Below the pieces are notes generated by a model that was given only the letters and a program-made list of their open reading frames with translations, was not told the DNA's origin and did not search any database. DNA of 64,000 nucleotides, taken from NCBI GenBank assembly GCA_039799905.1, contig JBDLRP010000034.1, positions 1 through 64,000 of the forward strand, given 5' to 3'. The position numbers and the translations under genes are program-made. The stretch comes from Pseudomonadota bacterium. GTDB taxonomy: Bacteria > Bdellovibrionota_B > Oligoflexia > Silvanigrellales > Silvanigrellaceae. Within the stretch, counting starts at the first letter, position 1. Every line of letters begins with the position of its first letter. This document shows positions 18,949-29,229 of this stretch, piece by piece.

Positions 18949-21060
18949 TTGGAGAGTAAGGCACCTGAACTGACGGCGGCTGACCTCAAGCGCGAACGTG
19001 TGCGACAGTCGCAGCGCATTGGCAGACAAATTTGGATTTTAAGTTCGGTCATTCTCACCGTGATGCTGAGCTTGGCATTGCTTTACGGGAGATCATCTTC
19101 AGCCCGCGAAATTGAAAGAAAACTCAGTTGGGGATTCCAATTTGAATTACGCGACAAACTCAATCAGTCGCCCGAGCCCGATCCGCGCCTGCGCATTCTG
19201 ATGTTCGATGATTCGACAGTTCAGGCTATGAAGCGCTCGCAAATCAATTTCCGCGAATGGTCTTCTTTGCTCACATATCTCGACAGACACCGACCTGCGA
19301 GCATCTACATAGACAAGATTTTCGGACTGCTCGACGATGATCCGAGTGTTCTGCAGGATGCACTGCCGATTTTGCGTTCCTTGCGCACGCCTGTGTCGAT
19401 TGCGTCGTTCACGAGTCCGCGACAGATTGCGGGCCGAGACGAACTGCTCCTGCAGTCCGAACAGCTCAATGTTCGAAATTATCTTCCGGATTCACTGGCC
19501 GAGGTGCCTGACTCTGAACTGAGGCCGACTCTCGAGCGTTTTTCGCTGAAAGATCGTTCAAAGGCATTTCAATACGGCCCCATGCAGCAGCTCCAGGAAG
19601 TGTTCAACATCGGGCACATCGATTATCCGCATGTGAATCAGATCTATCCCATCTACAACGTCGGAAAAAATGCTCTTCTGCCGTCACTCGCTTTGTCGGG
19701 AAGAATTAATCTGAAGCTGGAAAACAACGCTATCACGGCCGGCGGACAGACGATTCCGACAACCAGCGACGGAACTGTTTTGGTCAACTGGCTGAATCCG
19801 GTAAAGGCATATTCGCGGGCGCAAAGTTTTGCTTCCGCTTTTTCGGCGATGAGGTCGGGAAGCTTGTGGAACAAAATTCCCGAGGGCTCGCATATACTGA
19901 TCATACCGCTGGCCTTTACTGGAAACGTTGACTTCAAGGATTCTCCTTACGGACAATTGCCGGGCGGATTGGTTTTGGCCTCTGTCCTGAATTCAGCCCT
20001 CTCCAAGCAGTGGTTGTCCGATTTTAATTACGCTCCTCATGCAATAATCCTCTTGGTTTTGCTTGCAGGCGTGTTGCAGTTCGTTAAGGGAATGCGCAGT
20101 TGGATCGTCATGTTTGCCGGGATGGCGCTCATTGCGGCATTTGGATTGTACCAGTTCGTCTATGCTTCAACCGATGTTCCATGGCTGGCAGGAGAGGTCT
20201 TTTTTGGCGGCACGGGCACACTTCTGCTCTCGGCGCGAAATTTATGGGATGCACGGCGAGAAAAGTTGCTGCAAAAGCTTGAAGAGGATTACGAGCGTTT
20301 GGAGCGCGAGGAAAAGCGCCTTCAGAAGGAAATGCGCGATGCGGCCCGTATTGCGATGGCGTTGAAACCCGAAGATGTTCCGCAGTGGCCTGACCTCGAG
20401 ATATCTGCATTTCACAAGAGTATGTCGGAGGCCAGCGGTGACTGGTTCTTCTTCGAGCGGTCCGTGTCGGGCCGCTTTGCGCATTTTGTGCTCTGCGACA
20501 TCAGTGGCCACGGAGTTCAAGCGGCGTTGGTTGTCTCCGGATGCAAGACGGTTCTTTCGATGTTGCGGCTTGAGCAAAATGAGGTGTTCGATTCAAGTGA
20601 ATTTTTGCTTCATTATGCCAATCAGCTGAACAAGGTCTTGTTTCTCAACGGCAACGGCAATCACACAGCGACGATGGTTGGTCTGACCTTCGATTTAATG
20701 GCAAGCAAAGTTTATTGTGTGGACTGCGGTCATCCCTTTCCCGTGATTCACACGACAATCGGCGACAAGATAGAGTCGCTGACAACCTTTTCGAGCGATC
20801 CGATTGGCTTCAATGAAACTGCTGAAGTGACTCTCAACGAACGCACGTTGGTGCTGGGCGATTGTTTGATCGCCCACTCAGATGGAGTTCCTGTCACTCG
20901 CGGCCGCAGAGTTTTGCAGAAATTCTTCAGGGAAATCGAACATGGCCCGATCATTCCTGCCAAGCGTTTGGTGGAAGGTTTATTTAAACACTTCAAGAAA
21001 GAAAAGATGGACATCATTGAAGATGACGTCAGTCTTGTGGTGTTTCGCAAGGTCAGCTGA
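18949..21060 (+). CDS. CHASE2 sensor / SpoIIE-type PP2C phosphatase
   Basis: N-terminal TM, CHASE2-like region (FDDST, DSPYG.LPG), 3 TM, coiled coil, SGDWF, CDISGHG, HSDG, EDDVS. Confidence 0.88.
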   Translation: MESKAPELTAADLKRERVRQSQRIGRQIWILSSVILTVMLSLALLYGRSSSAREIERKLSWGFQFELRDKLNQSPEPDPRLRILMFDDSTVQAMKRSQINFREWSSLLTYLDRHRPASIYIDKIFGLLDDDPSVLQDALPILRSLRTPVSIASFTSPRQIAGRDELLLQSEQLNVRNYLPDSLAEVPDSELRPTLERFSLKDRSKAFQYGPMQQLQEVFNIGHIDYPHVNQIYPIYNVGKNALLPSLALSGRINLKLENNAITAGGQTIPTTSDGTVLVNWLNPVKAYSRAQSFASAFSAMRSGSLWNKIPEGSHILIIPLAFTGNVDFKDSPYGQLPGGLVLASVLNSALSKQWLSDFNYAPHAIILLVLLAGVLQFVKGMRSWIVMFAGMALIAAFGLYQFVYASTDVPWLAGEVFFGGTGTLLLSARNLWDARREKLLQKLEEDYERLEREEKRLQKEMRDAARIAMALKPEDVPQWPDLEISAFHKSMSEASGDWFFFERSVSGRFAHFVLCDISGHGVQAALVVSGCKTVLSMLRLEQNEVFDSSEFLLHYANQLNKVLFLNGNGNHTATMVGLTFDLMASKVYCVDCGHPFPVIHTTIGDKIESLTTFSSDPIGFNETAEVTLNERTLVLGDCLIAHSDGVPVTRGRRVLQKFFREIEHGPIIPAKRLVEGLFKHFKKEKMDIIEDDVSLVVFRKVS

Positions 21061-21124
21061 GACCGGCACCTGGATCGAAGCAAGAGAGGCCGGGTTATTT
21101 TGCGGCCGACGCGCCGGCACTGAC

Positions 21125-22168
21125 TTATTTCGCAGGTGAAGCGGCTGCCGCAGCGCGGGCCTGCTTCTTTTCTTTCAACTCCATGATTGTCGTTGAATGC
21201 AGCGGCTGCGCTTTTTCTTTCGGGTTGATGAAGGTTTTCGCAAAGTTCACAGCAATCGCAGCTTCGGAAAATCCGGTTGCGATGAGTTTCAGCTTTCCGC
21301 GGTATTCGGCGATGTCTCCCGCTGCATAGATTCCCTCGAGATTGGTCTCCATGCAGTCGTTGACCTTAATTCCGTCATTATGGAGTTCGAGTCCCCACTC
21401 GCGGATTTTGCCCAACGAGCTGTTGAAGCCGAACATAATGAGTGCATCGTCGACCTGCAGAGTGCGCTCTTCCTGCGTTTCGGTGTTCTGCAGACGCACT
21501 GACTTGAGAGAGCTGTCGCCCTCAAAAGCGATGATTTCTGTGTTGGTAAAAATGCTCGCGGAGGAATTGCGCAGTTTACTGACACTGTCGTCATGGGCGC
21601 GGAACCGGTCGGAGCGATGCACGAGTGTGACTTCGGCGGCAATGGGTACCATTTCGTTTGCCCAGTCGAGCGCGGAATCGCCGCCGCCGACGACGATCAC
21701 TTTGCGGCCGCGATAGATTTCCTTGTTGATAACGGCATAGGAGATTCCCCGTCCCTCAAATTGCTCTGCGCCTGCAGCCATGTGCTTTTTGGGGCTGTAT
21801 GAACCAACGCCGGCGGCAATCAGCAGCGTGCGTGTGAGATGCACTTGCGTCAGTGTTGTCAGTTCCCAGACTCCGTCCTCTCGGCGACGCAGCTGCTGTG
21901 CCACCTCGTCGAGAGCCAGGTTTGGTTTGTAGGCCATTGCCTGTGCGATGAGATTGTCAATCAGGTCTTTGGCCAGAACTTTGGGGAAGCCCGCCACGTC
22001 GTAGATGTATTTTTCAGGATAAACCGCAGTCAGACGGCCGCCCAAAGCGGGCATGGAGTCGATGATCTTACATGAAGCGTTGCGCAGTCCGGCATAGAAG
22101 GCTGCGAAAAGTCCGGTCGGTCCGCCGCCGAGAATGGTGATATCAAAGATTTCCGCTTGCGAATTCAT
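21125..22168 (-). CDS. Ferredoxin-NADP+ reductase, thioredoxin-reductase-like (YumC type)
   Basis: GGGPTG, YPEKYIYDVAGFP, GGGDSALDW, AAGDI, KLKLIATGF; no CxxC. Confidence 0.92.
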   Translation of the reverse strand: MNSQAEIFDITILGGGPTGLFAAFYAGLRNASCKIIDSMPALGGRLTAVYPEKYIYDVAGFPKVLAKDLIDNLIAQAMAYKPNLALDEVAQQLRRREDGVWELTTLTQVHLTRTLLIAAGVGSYSPKKHMAAGAEQFEGRGISYAVINKEIYRGRKVIVVGGGDSALDWANEMVPIAAEVTLVHRSDRFRAHDDSVSKLRNSSASIFTNTEIIAFEGDSSLKSVRLQNTETQEERTLQVDDALIMFGFNSSLGKIREWGLELHNDGIKVNDCMETNLEGIYAAGDIAEYRGKLKLIATGFSEAAIAVNFAKTFINPKEKAQPLHSTTIMELKEKKQARAAAAASPAK

Positions 22169-22213
22169 GAAAACTCCGATGGGCAGGGCCGGAGACCGGC
22201 CATAGACGCTGGA

Positions 22214-24358
22214 TCACTTTGTCCAGTCGGTCTTACCACCAAGGAGTTCGATGCTGTCAACCAAAATGCGTCCGGCTTCCTGCAGCTGCTCGTCTTCGCC
22301 GCGGATGACGATGTTCGGGTCGTCGACCTTATTCTTGCCGGAACGCGCCGGGGCATTTGAAGCGGCTGCGGTTGCCGGCTGTTTGACCGGACCTGTCGAT
22401 GCGACCTTCTGACCCTTTTCTGCATCCGTGGCGTCGGCCAATGGCTTTTCAGGGGCTTTGAGGCTCAGTTCGGTGTTGTCTTTTTCTTTGCGGGCCTTTT
22501 CGATTGCAGCGAATGTTGCCTTGAATTCCTCCGCGGAGCGAACACGCGCTTCGCTGCGCTGCCGGAGTTGCGGAATGATTTGGCTGAGATCCTGGATGGG
22601 CTTCATGCCGCCCGCGGAATTAATGGTCGAGTGGGGCAGGGGATTGTCGTTTTCGCCCTCGCCGACATCACTGACCTCAAAGACGTCCGGTATTTGTATG
22701 TCCGATTCAACGCCGACAACCTGATTGCTGCGGCCGCTTGGACGAAAGAATTTTGAGATCGTGACCTTCATCGCTCCATCGGAATCACGGCCGCCGGTGC
22801 CGGGAAAGTCGATGACGCTTTGAACAGTTGCTTTTCCGTAGGTTCGTGAATTTCCGAGGATGAGGCCGCGTCCATAATCCTGTACCGCACCGGCCAAAAT
22901 CTCGCTCGCAGAGGCACTTTGCTTGCTGATGAGAACAGCCAACGGTCCGTTGTAGCGCACGCCATTTTCGGGGTCATCTTTGCTTTCGACGCTTCCGTCG
23001 CGGTTTTGCACCTGCACGACCGATCCCTTGTCGATGAAGAATCCCGACAGACGCAGGCATTCATCGAGGTCGCCGCCGCCGTTGCGGCGTAAATCGAGAA
23101 TAATGCCGTCGACCTTCTGTTCTTTCATTTTCCGGATTTCGCGATCGATGTGGTTGCTCGAGCTAACGTAGTCCGACTTGCCCGACTTGCTGCCTTGATA
23201 ATCGATATAAAAACTTGGCAGGTTGATGACACCGATCTTTTTACCACCGAGAGTCATCACATCGCTGCGCGCCTCGCTGTCGGCCATGTGGACGACGTCA
23301 CGCACAAGCTCAAGAAGCTCGCGCTTTGTTTCGTTGCTGAGCGGGTCTTTGCGGAGGATTTGCAGTTTAACCACGGTGTCTTTTTGTCCGCGGATGAGCT
23401 GCACAACCTTACCGAGGTCCATGTCAATCACATCGATAAATCCATTGCCATCACCGGCATCGACCGCAACAATCTTGTCGCCTTTTTGCAGCCGGCCATC
23501 ACGCGATGCCGCGCCTCCCGGAATCAACGCCTCAACGGTTGTGTACCCGTCCTGTTGGGTCAGGCTGGCTCCGATGCCCACCAGCTGTAGGCTGAAAGCA
23601 ACGCGGAATTCCTCTTGATCCTGGGGAGCCATAAATTGGCTGTGCGGGTCGAGTGAGCTCGCGAAGGCGTTCAGGAAGAATGAATTGACTTCGTCAGAGG
23701 TGCGCTCCTGCGTCGACTTTTTCAACAGCGAATAGCGTTTGTTGATGCGGTTTGCGATGATGCTCCAATCTTTTTCAGTTTCGCGCAGGTTGAGTGCGGT
23801 GAACTTGAGAAGCTTGCGCCAGCGTTCGCGGCGCTCGGCGTCGTCTTTGGCCCAATCAATCTTTTTGCGGTCTGTCTCGAGTTTTTCATCGACGGTAAAG
23901 TCCATCGGAGTCTGCAGCAAATCGCCAATTGTTTTCACGCTTTCGTCCATGCGTTTCAAATAGAGCGCATAGATGTCGGCAATGAAGTTGCAATCATTTT
24001 TGGAAATCGTTTCAGGGATTGTATTCTCGAATTTCGCAAAGGCTGCGACGTCTTCTGCCAGAAAAAAATTGCGGCCGGGATCGAGCATTTGGAAGTAGCG
24101 CTGGTAGGTTCGCTTTGAGAGTTCGCCGTCGAAACGGCGGTATTGGTAGTGCGCCTTGAGAAAGTCGCGCACGCGGCTCTGGATGGTCGAGCAGGCAAGG
24201 AATCCGGAATTCGCAGGGCGTTTGCCGCCATCTTTGGCTGCCGGACTGGCCTGCAAACTGGAACGGATCTTTGGATAGACAAAAACCTGAAAACCGAGCG
24301 AACCGGCCATCACCACACCCAGTGACAGTGCGAGAACGACGCCTTTTCTTTTCATCAT
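22214..24358 (-). CDS. prc: Tail-specific carboxy-terminal processing protease (S41A, PDZ)
   Basis: LDPHS, GIGA, DLRRNGGG, SASASEILAG, YGKATVQ. Confidence 0.93.
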   Translation of the reverse strand: MMKRKGVVLALSLGVVMAGSLGFQVFVYPKIRSSLQASPAAKDGGKRPANSGFLACSTIQSRVRDFLKAHYQYRRFDGELSKRTYQRYFQMLDPGRNFFLAEDVAAFAKFENTIPETISKNDCNFIADIYALYLKRMDESVKTIGDLLQTPMDFTVDEKLETDRKKIDWAKDDAERRERWRKLLKFTALNLRETEKDWSIIANRINKRYSLLKKSTQERTSDEVNSFFLNAFASSLDPHSQFMAPQDQEEFRVAFSLQLVGIGASLTQQDGYTTVEALIPGGAASRDGRLQKGDKIVAVDAGDGNGFIDVIDMDLGKVVQLIRGQKDTVVKLQILRKDPLSNETKRELLELVRDVVHMADSEARSDVMTLGGKKIGVINLPSFYIDYQGSKSGKSDYVSSSNHIDREIRKMKEQKVDGIILDLRRNGGGDLDECLRLSGFFIDKGSVVQVQNRDGSVESKDDPENGVRYNGPLAVLISKQSASASEILAGAVQDYGRGLILGNSRTYGKATVQSVIDFPGTGGRDSDGAMKVTISKFFRPSGRSNQVVGVESDIQIPDVFEVSDVGEGENDNPLPHSTINSAGGMKPIQDLSQIIPQLRQRSEARVRSAEEFKATFAAIEKARKEKDNTELSLKAPEKPLADATDAEKGQKVASTGPVKQPATAAASNAPARSGKNKVDDPNIVIRGEDEQLQEAGRILVDSIELLGGKTDWTK

Positions 24359-24376
24359 CTGTGAGAGCCCTCTTGC

Positions 24377-24892
24377 TTACTTGCGGGTCGGTAGACGAAT
24401 CTGCCGGCGCGGATTTCTGCTCAGCGGCATTCCGCGGTCGGTTTCATCCTCATGATCATAAATTATCGTCTTTTCGGAGCGGTTGCGTGGTCCGTGAGCC
24501 GTCAGAAAGGCCGAGCGGGGCGGCATAAATTCACCGCCGCGGCGCTGTTTGGAGTCATCGTCGACTTCCTCGTTCAGCTCTTCGGCAAGCTGTCCGGTTT
24601 CCTCGAATTTTCCCTCGAACCATGCAAACCACTGCTCCGTGTGACTAAGGACCCGAGCCTGACCGGCCGAGTCGACGCGCTCCAGAATTTCGTCGAGCCT
24701 GTCCTGCAGGCGGGTAAAATTTTCATCGAGCCAAGCCACCCAGACTGAGGCTTCTTCATCTGAGCGGACGACGATGCGCTGTCCAAATGCATTTTTCAGC
24801 CGGTCGCGGATGGTTCGCAGAACCTTTTCACGGTCCGCCGAGGAGACTTCCGGCTCAAGGTCGAGAGTGATATGCACGGTTGCCATGTACAT
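24377..24892 (-). CDS. Hypothetical protein with a divergent DUF503/YlxP-like N-terminal domain and a charged tail
   Basis: REKVLRTIRDRLKNAF pattern resembles DUF503; AAGG upstream; 18 nt before prc. Confidence 0.5.
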   Translation of the reverse strand: MYMATVHITLDLEPEVSSADREKVLRTIRDRLKNAFGQRIVVRSDEEASVWVAWLDENFTRLQDRLDEILERVDSAGQARVLSHTEQWFAWFEGKFEETGQLAEELNEEVDDDSKQRRGGEFMPPRSAFLTAHGPRNRSEKTIIYDHEDETDRGMPLSRNPRRQIRLPTRK

Positions 24893-24906
24893 GTGGGACC
24901 GCCTTT

Positions 24907-25782
24907 ATGATGACGACGTCTGTAGAACAATCTAACTGGAATCCGCTTTTTTTTGAACAGGGCGGCTTGTTTGATGTTTTTCGATTGTGGCGGGATTGGC
25001 TTTTGCTGCATCGCACCGCTTTTCCCGATCTTAAGGCATTGAGTGGGCTCGCGGCTGATGATTCAGTCGCCGAGGTTCGTTCGGGAGGCGGTTTTCCGAT
25101 CCGTTTCGTCAGGCAACAGCGGGTGCTCCGTCACAGACGTGATGACCTTGGCTGGCAGGCGAATTATCAACTGCGGATTTTTCTTTCCGGTGAGGTACCA
25201 AGCCGTCCTGACAACTGGCACGATTTTTTTAATGCTTGGACGTGGATTTATCTGCCAAAACTGAAAGCAGCCATCAACACACGGCACTTCAGCTGCATCG
25301 ATGAATCTTCCGATTTTCCTTGGAAGACAGGCGGCGGCAACCGCTCGCGCGAGCAGGACATGCTGACTTTGTTTGACGAAGGCGGATTGCTGGTAGTCAC
25401 CGAAGATGAGCGTTTGTGGGATTTGCTGACATCTCGTCGCTGGCAAGAGTTTTTTAAAGAGTGCGGACCCAACGATTTTCAGCGCATTATGTTCATTCCT
25501 GTCGGACATGCGCTTTTTGAATGTGCCCTCAAGGGACATCCGCGCCTTCACGCGAGCTGCCTTCGGGTCAATTGCCGGCCGTCTGAGTTTACTCTCTCTT
25601 CGCGTCAGGATTGGAAAAATGCGCTCGCAAAGGTAGATGAGTTTGCTGCGCTAAAAATAAGCCGGCGAACACATCTGCGTTCGCCGGACGAATTGTATGC
25701 GTTGCCTATTTGGGGCATCCGAGGCTGGCACCCGCGCGCAGGCGAAGATGCCTTTCTTTCGGACTCGTCTTACTTTCGCTGA
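24907..25782 (+). CDS. DUF3025 family protein
   Basis: YQLRIFLSGEVPSRPDNWHDFFNA..PKLKAAIN, LTLFDEGG, GHALFE, terminal YFR. Confidence 0.8.
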   Translation: MMTTSVEQSNWNPLFFEQGGLFDVFRLWRDWLLLHRTAFPDLKALSGLAADDSVAEVRSGGGFPIRFVRQQRVLRHRRDDLGWQANYQLRIFLSGEVPSRPDNWHDFFNAWTWIYLPKLKAAINTRHFSCIDESSDFPWKTGGGNRSREQDMLTLFDEGGLLVVTEDERLWDLLTSRRWQEFFKECGPNDFQRIMFIPVGHALFECALKGHPRLHASCLRVNCRPSEFTLSSRQDWKNALAKVDEFAALKISRRTHLRSPDELYALPIWGIRGWHPRAGEDAFLSDSSYFR

Positions 25783-25792
25783 ATCTGCCCGC

Positions 25793-27070
25793 TCACTTCT
25801 TCGGTGCAGCCGTCCACTCAGAAGCAGTGTCGCCCATGTGCGTCACGCCAGGGAGAACAACACCAGGTTTGCCGACTGAGTTCGGTGCGAGTGCTGCCTG
25901 TCCTTTTTTCTTCAGCTGGATCGTCAGGCCCTTGTTGTTGACTGCATCCGCTGTCACCTCTGCGATTAGACGAGCGTGGTCTTTGTTGGTGTCGAAGTTG
26001 GGCAGCAGTGCGCTCTTGATTCCCTGAGCCGATGGGTTTGCAGCCTTCATTTTCTGGCTTTCCTGAGCGAAGTAGTCGCGCACTTCTACGTTCATATCGA
26101 ACAGAGTTGCTCGGTGGTGAGTCGTGAATGACAGACGTCCGTCCATTGCGATGTTCTTGCACCCGTCTGCCGCCATCTGCGGGGCAATTTCAGATGCTTT
26201 TGGTGAAACCCATTTTGCACCAGGGAAGAAGTCGTCGTTGAGGAATCCGTGATAGATTTTGTACTGCGGCATCTTTTTGCGCAATTCGACAACCGACTGC
26301 TTCATCTGCGTGACTGCCGAGTCGCCGGTGTTGATGATCCATGTTGGCAGACCGTGACTTCCCACCAAGATGCACACGTCTTCGCGCGCCGTGTTCGGGA
26401 ATGCCGCCTGAATGTCTTCGTCCAGCGATTTAGCCATGACGTCGGTGAATCTGTTGTCATTGGCATACCACGTCACGCCGAGTGCCTCGACGTCGTACTC
26501 AGGATGTTTTTTGAGGTACTTGAGCACGTCTTCCATGTTCTCGCCGCTGGACGCATACGAGAATTGCGCGCCCTTGTTGACCACCACGATCTTGGTGATG
26601 CCGTCTTTTTTCATCTGGTCGAGCGCGTCATCAATGAACGGATAGGTGAAGTTGAAACCCACGTATGCTTTGGCGTTCGGAAGAATTGTTTTGAACTCTT
26701 CGTTGATGACTTCAATCTGTTTGAGCGAGTTTGCATAATAGCGGGTCGCGCCGATGACGTCATATTGGCTGCGGACTGTTTTGACCGAAAGGCGGTACGC
26801 AGGTTCCTCTACGAGTTTGCGTGTCCACATCGGCAGGGGAATACCCACGTTTTTCTGGAACGAAACCTTGATGTAGCTCTCGAGTTCCTTGTCGGGGTTG
26901 TCGATGTCGCCGTGAGATGCAAACAGAAGTCCGATTTTCTCGGCGCTTTCTGTCGAGCGGGTCGACATTGCAGAAGACAGTGTCGCGCTTCCGCAACCCT
27001 GCATCAGAGACAGCAAAACACCTGAAGTAGCGAGTCCGAGCGTCCAGGAACGGTGCATGAAACTCTTCAT
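25793..27070 (-). CDS. Ferrochelatase-fold lipoprotein
   Basis: Lipobox LMQGC; KIGLLFASHG, YVGFNFTYPFIDDAL..MKKDG, GSHGLP, WVSP, SFTTHHRATLFD. Confidence 0.75.
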   Translation of the reverse strand: MKSFMHRSWTLGLATSGVLLSLMQGCGSATLSSAMSTRSTESAEKIGLLFASHGDIDNPDKELESYIKVSFQKNVGIPLPMWTRKLVEEPAYRLSVKTVRSQYDVIGATRYYANSLKQIEVINEEFKTILPNAKAYVGFNFTYPFIDDALDQMKKDGITKIVVVNKGAQFSYASSGENMEDVLKYLKKHPEYDVEALGVTWYANDNRFTDVMAKSLDEDIQAAFPNTAREDVCILVGSHGLPTWIINTGDSAVTQMKQSVVELRKKMPQYKIYHGFLNDDFFPGAKWVSPKASEIAPQMAADGCKNIAMDGRLSFTTHHRATLFDMNVEVRDYFAQESQKMKAANPSAQGIKSALLPNFDTNKDHARLIAEVTADAVNNKGLTIQLKKKGQAALAPNSVGKPGVVLPGVTHMGDTASEWTAAPKK

Positions 27071-27293
27071 AAAAAACCTCTCCGTTGTTTTACGTGCGCC
27101 GCACCCGAAAAATTTGGGTACAGCGGTCAGCCCAACGTTGGTTGTCTAACTACAGTTTGTTTTGTCGAGCAAGCTAAATTTTTCCGAAAATATTTTTAAT
27201 TTCGGATATTTTTAAAAGTTTCTGATGACGTTCTGGTGAGTTAAATGTCCAACTTAAACTTGCACAAACTACTCAGGAATTTGCACAACGACT

Positions 27294-28190
27294 TCAACGC
27301 AACGCTTTTCGCTCGGCAATGTAGCGGGTACGCATGAATTTCTGCCGGCTGCTCAACAAAAGCTTCAAGTCGATGGCCGAAGCGGCATTGAATTGCTTGA
27401 ACCATTCAGAAGCGTTGAATTTATTTGAAAACTGCGGCAGTGGCCTGAATTTGTCGGCTTCAATGTTCCATTTGAATCCCCCCCAAGCCACTTCGGTTCC
27501 GCTGGCGGGCAACATTTTTAAAACCACACAGGTCACATCCGTGCAATTGCAAGACGGATTGGTGCAGTAGAGGTCGTCGATAACGTAACGCTCGCCGTCA
27601 ACGAATCTTTCGATCGGCTGACCGTTGGGGAACAGCATCTGGAACGGAACTAGTTTATCTGGCTGGATGGACCGGAGATCCTGTTGCTTCCATGCATCGC
27701 TGATCTCTTCGGAGAACGGCACGAACGTCTGCCTCAATGCCTCCAAAACCGGTGCCGTCAGTGCGCGGTTAAAAGACACGATTAACTCGTCGCGCTCGGC
27801 ATCGCTCAGTGCGAGTACTTCGGCGTCGTCTGCCATAAAATCGGCAGACTCACCGCCGCCCTCGGCTTGAGTGCGGCGAAGGTCATCTACTGCCGTCATT
27901 CTTCCGGTTTTGATGTTCACCTGCAGCACAACACCGAAAATTTCTGCGACCGACTTTTTTTCCTCATTCTGAGGAGCCAGTGCGGCAAGCAATTTATTTC
28001 TGAGCGCATCCTTGAATTCGGCAAGCTTGACCACCAGCTGGGTGGATTCAAGAATTTCCTGCGCGTCGAGCTCCGTTGTGATTTTGCGAGGCAAAACGAG
28101 CGCGCCGCGGGCCGTGAAAAAACGGTTTTTCCAGCTGACCCGGAAGGTGTCGTCTTTGCCGATGGAGAGCGGAAGTACCAGAGGATTCAT
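27294..28190 (-). CDS. Hypothetical protein with a CxxxxCxC putative metal site
   Basis: 298-aa ORF, AAGGA RBS, DDLYCTNPSCNCTDV. Confidence 0.7.
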   Translation of the reverse strand: MNPLVLPLSIGKDDTFRVSWKNRFFTARGALVLPRKITTELDAQEILESTQLVVKLAEFKDALRNKLLAALAPQNEEKKSVAEIFGVVLQVNIKTGRMTAVDDLRRTQAEGGGESADFMADDAEVLALSDAERDELIVSFNRALTAPVLEALRQTFVPFSEEISDAWKQQDLRSIQPDKLVPFQMLFPNGQPIERFVDGERYVIDDLYCTNPSCNCTDVTCVVLKMLPASGTEVAWGGFKWNIEADKFRPLPQFSNKFNASEWFKQFNAASAIDLKLLLSSRQKFMRTRYIAERKALR

Positions 28191-28210
28191 TGCATTCTAT
28201 CCTTTAAAAT

Positions 28211-29206
28211 TCAGTGCTCGGGCAGAACTTTTTTGCGCCGCAGCCGTTCGTCCAAAAGCGGCATCAGCACACCAAAAAGAACGGTCAGTCCGGCGCCTGT
28301 CCACTGCAGCTGTGTCAGCCTCTCATCAAATGCCACAATACCAAGAAAAGCTGCAAATACCGGACCGGTATATTGTCCGAGAGCAACAAAACCAGCTTCA
28401 GCCGACTGAAACGACCACGTCATCAGATACTGTGCCGCCACCGCTGGAACCGCCGACAAACAAAGAAGGGCAAGAACTGCAGGATCATTTGGAATGCGCA
28501 AAGGCGAGAAAAATATCCCAGCGAGCAGGGCTAGCAGCACACCTGACAACGAAAGGCTGAGGATAATCGTGTTACTCGGAACCTTCTGCATTTTTCGGAC
28601 GCTGAAATACGCGAGCGATGCGAGTACTCCCGAACAAAAGGCAATTGCGAAGTCGGTCGGTCTGCCGGCCGCGGATATGCTTTGTTGCTGTGGCATTAGT
28701 CCGGTTCCAAGCACCAAGCCAACACCGGCAAAACCTGCCGTAGCAAACAGCGCGCGCGCTGGTGTCAGGCGTTCAGACAAAAAGTAATGACCGAGCAGTC
28801 CGATGATAAAAACGCTCGAATTGGCAAACAGCGAGGCAAGCGCAATCGGAATGTGCAGAGTTCCGTGAAAAAAGCAGGCCATACTCACGGCACCAATCAA
28901 ACCACGCGTCACAAGCCAACGAACATCGCTCGGCTGAAGCGCCGGATGGGTGTGTCCCGCTGCGTTTCGCCGCAACAAGATGAGTAAGCATATGAGTGAC
29001 ATCGGGAGACAGCGGAACAGCACACTTTCCCAAGTACCAAAGCGGGCATCCGCCGGAATTGCACTGTTGTTCGAAATTTGCAGGAGTTGTGCAGCTTTGA
29101 TGAGGGCGATCATCACAGAAAAGCAGAGGTGTGCCGCCACCATCATCAGCAGGGCTTGCGCAGGTTTTTTGAAAGAGTGCGCCGGAGCGCCGGAGGAGAC
29201 CGCCAT
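28211..29206 (-). CDS. DMT/EamA family transporter
   Basis: About 10 TM in two repeats, RGLIG, FLSERL, FDERL. Confidence 0.9.
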   Translation of the reverse strand: MAVSSGAPAHSFKKPAQALLMMVAAHLCFSVMIALIKAAQLLQISNNSAIPADARFGTWESVLFRCLPMSLICLLILLRRNAAGHTHPALQPSDVRWLVTRGLIGAVSMACFFHGTLHIPIALASLFANSSVFIIGLLGHYFLSERLTPARALFATAGFAGVGLVLGTGLMPQQQSISAAGRPTDFAIAFCSGVLASLAYFSVRKMQKVPSNTIILSLSLSGVLLALLAGIFFSPLRIPNDPAVLALLCLSAVPAVAAQYLMTWSFQSAEAGFVALGQYTGPVFAAFLGIVAFDERLTQLQWTGAGLTVLFGVLMPLLDERLRRKKVLPEH

Positions 29207-29229
29207 AACGGCAGTCTTGAACAGGGCAA

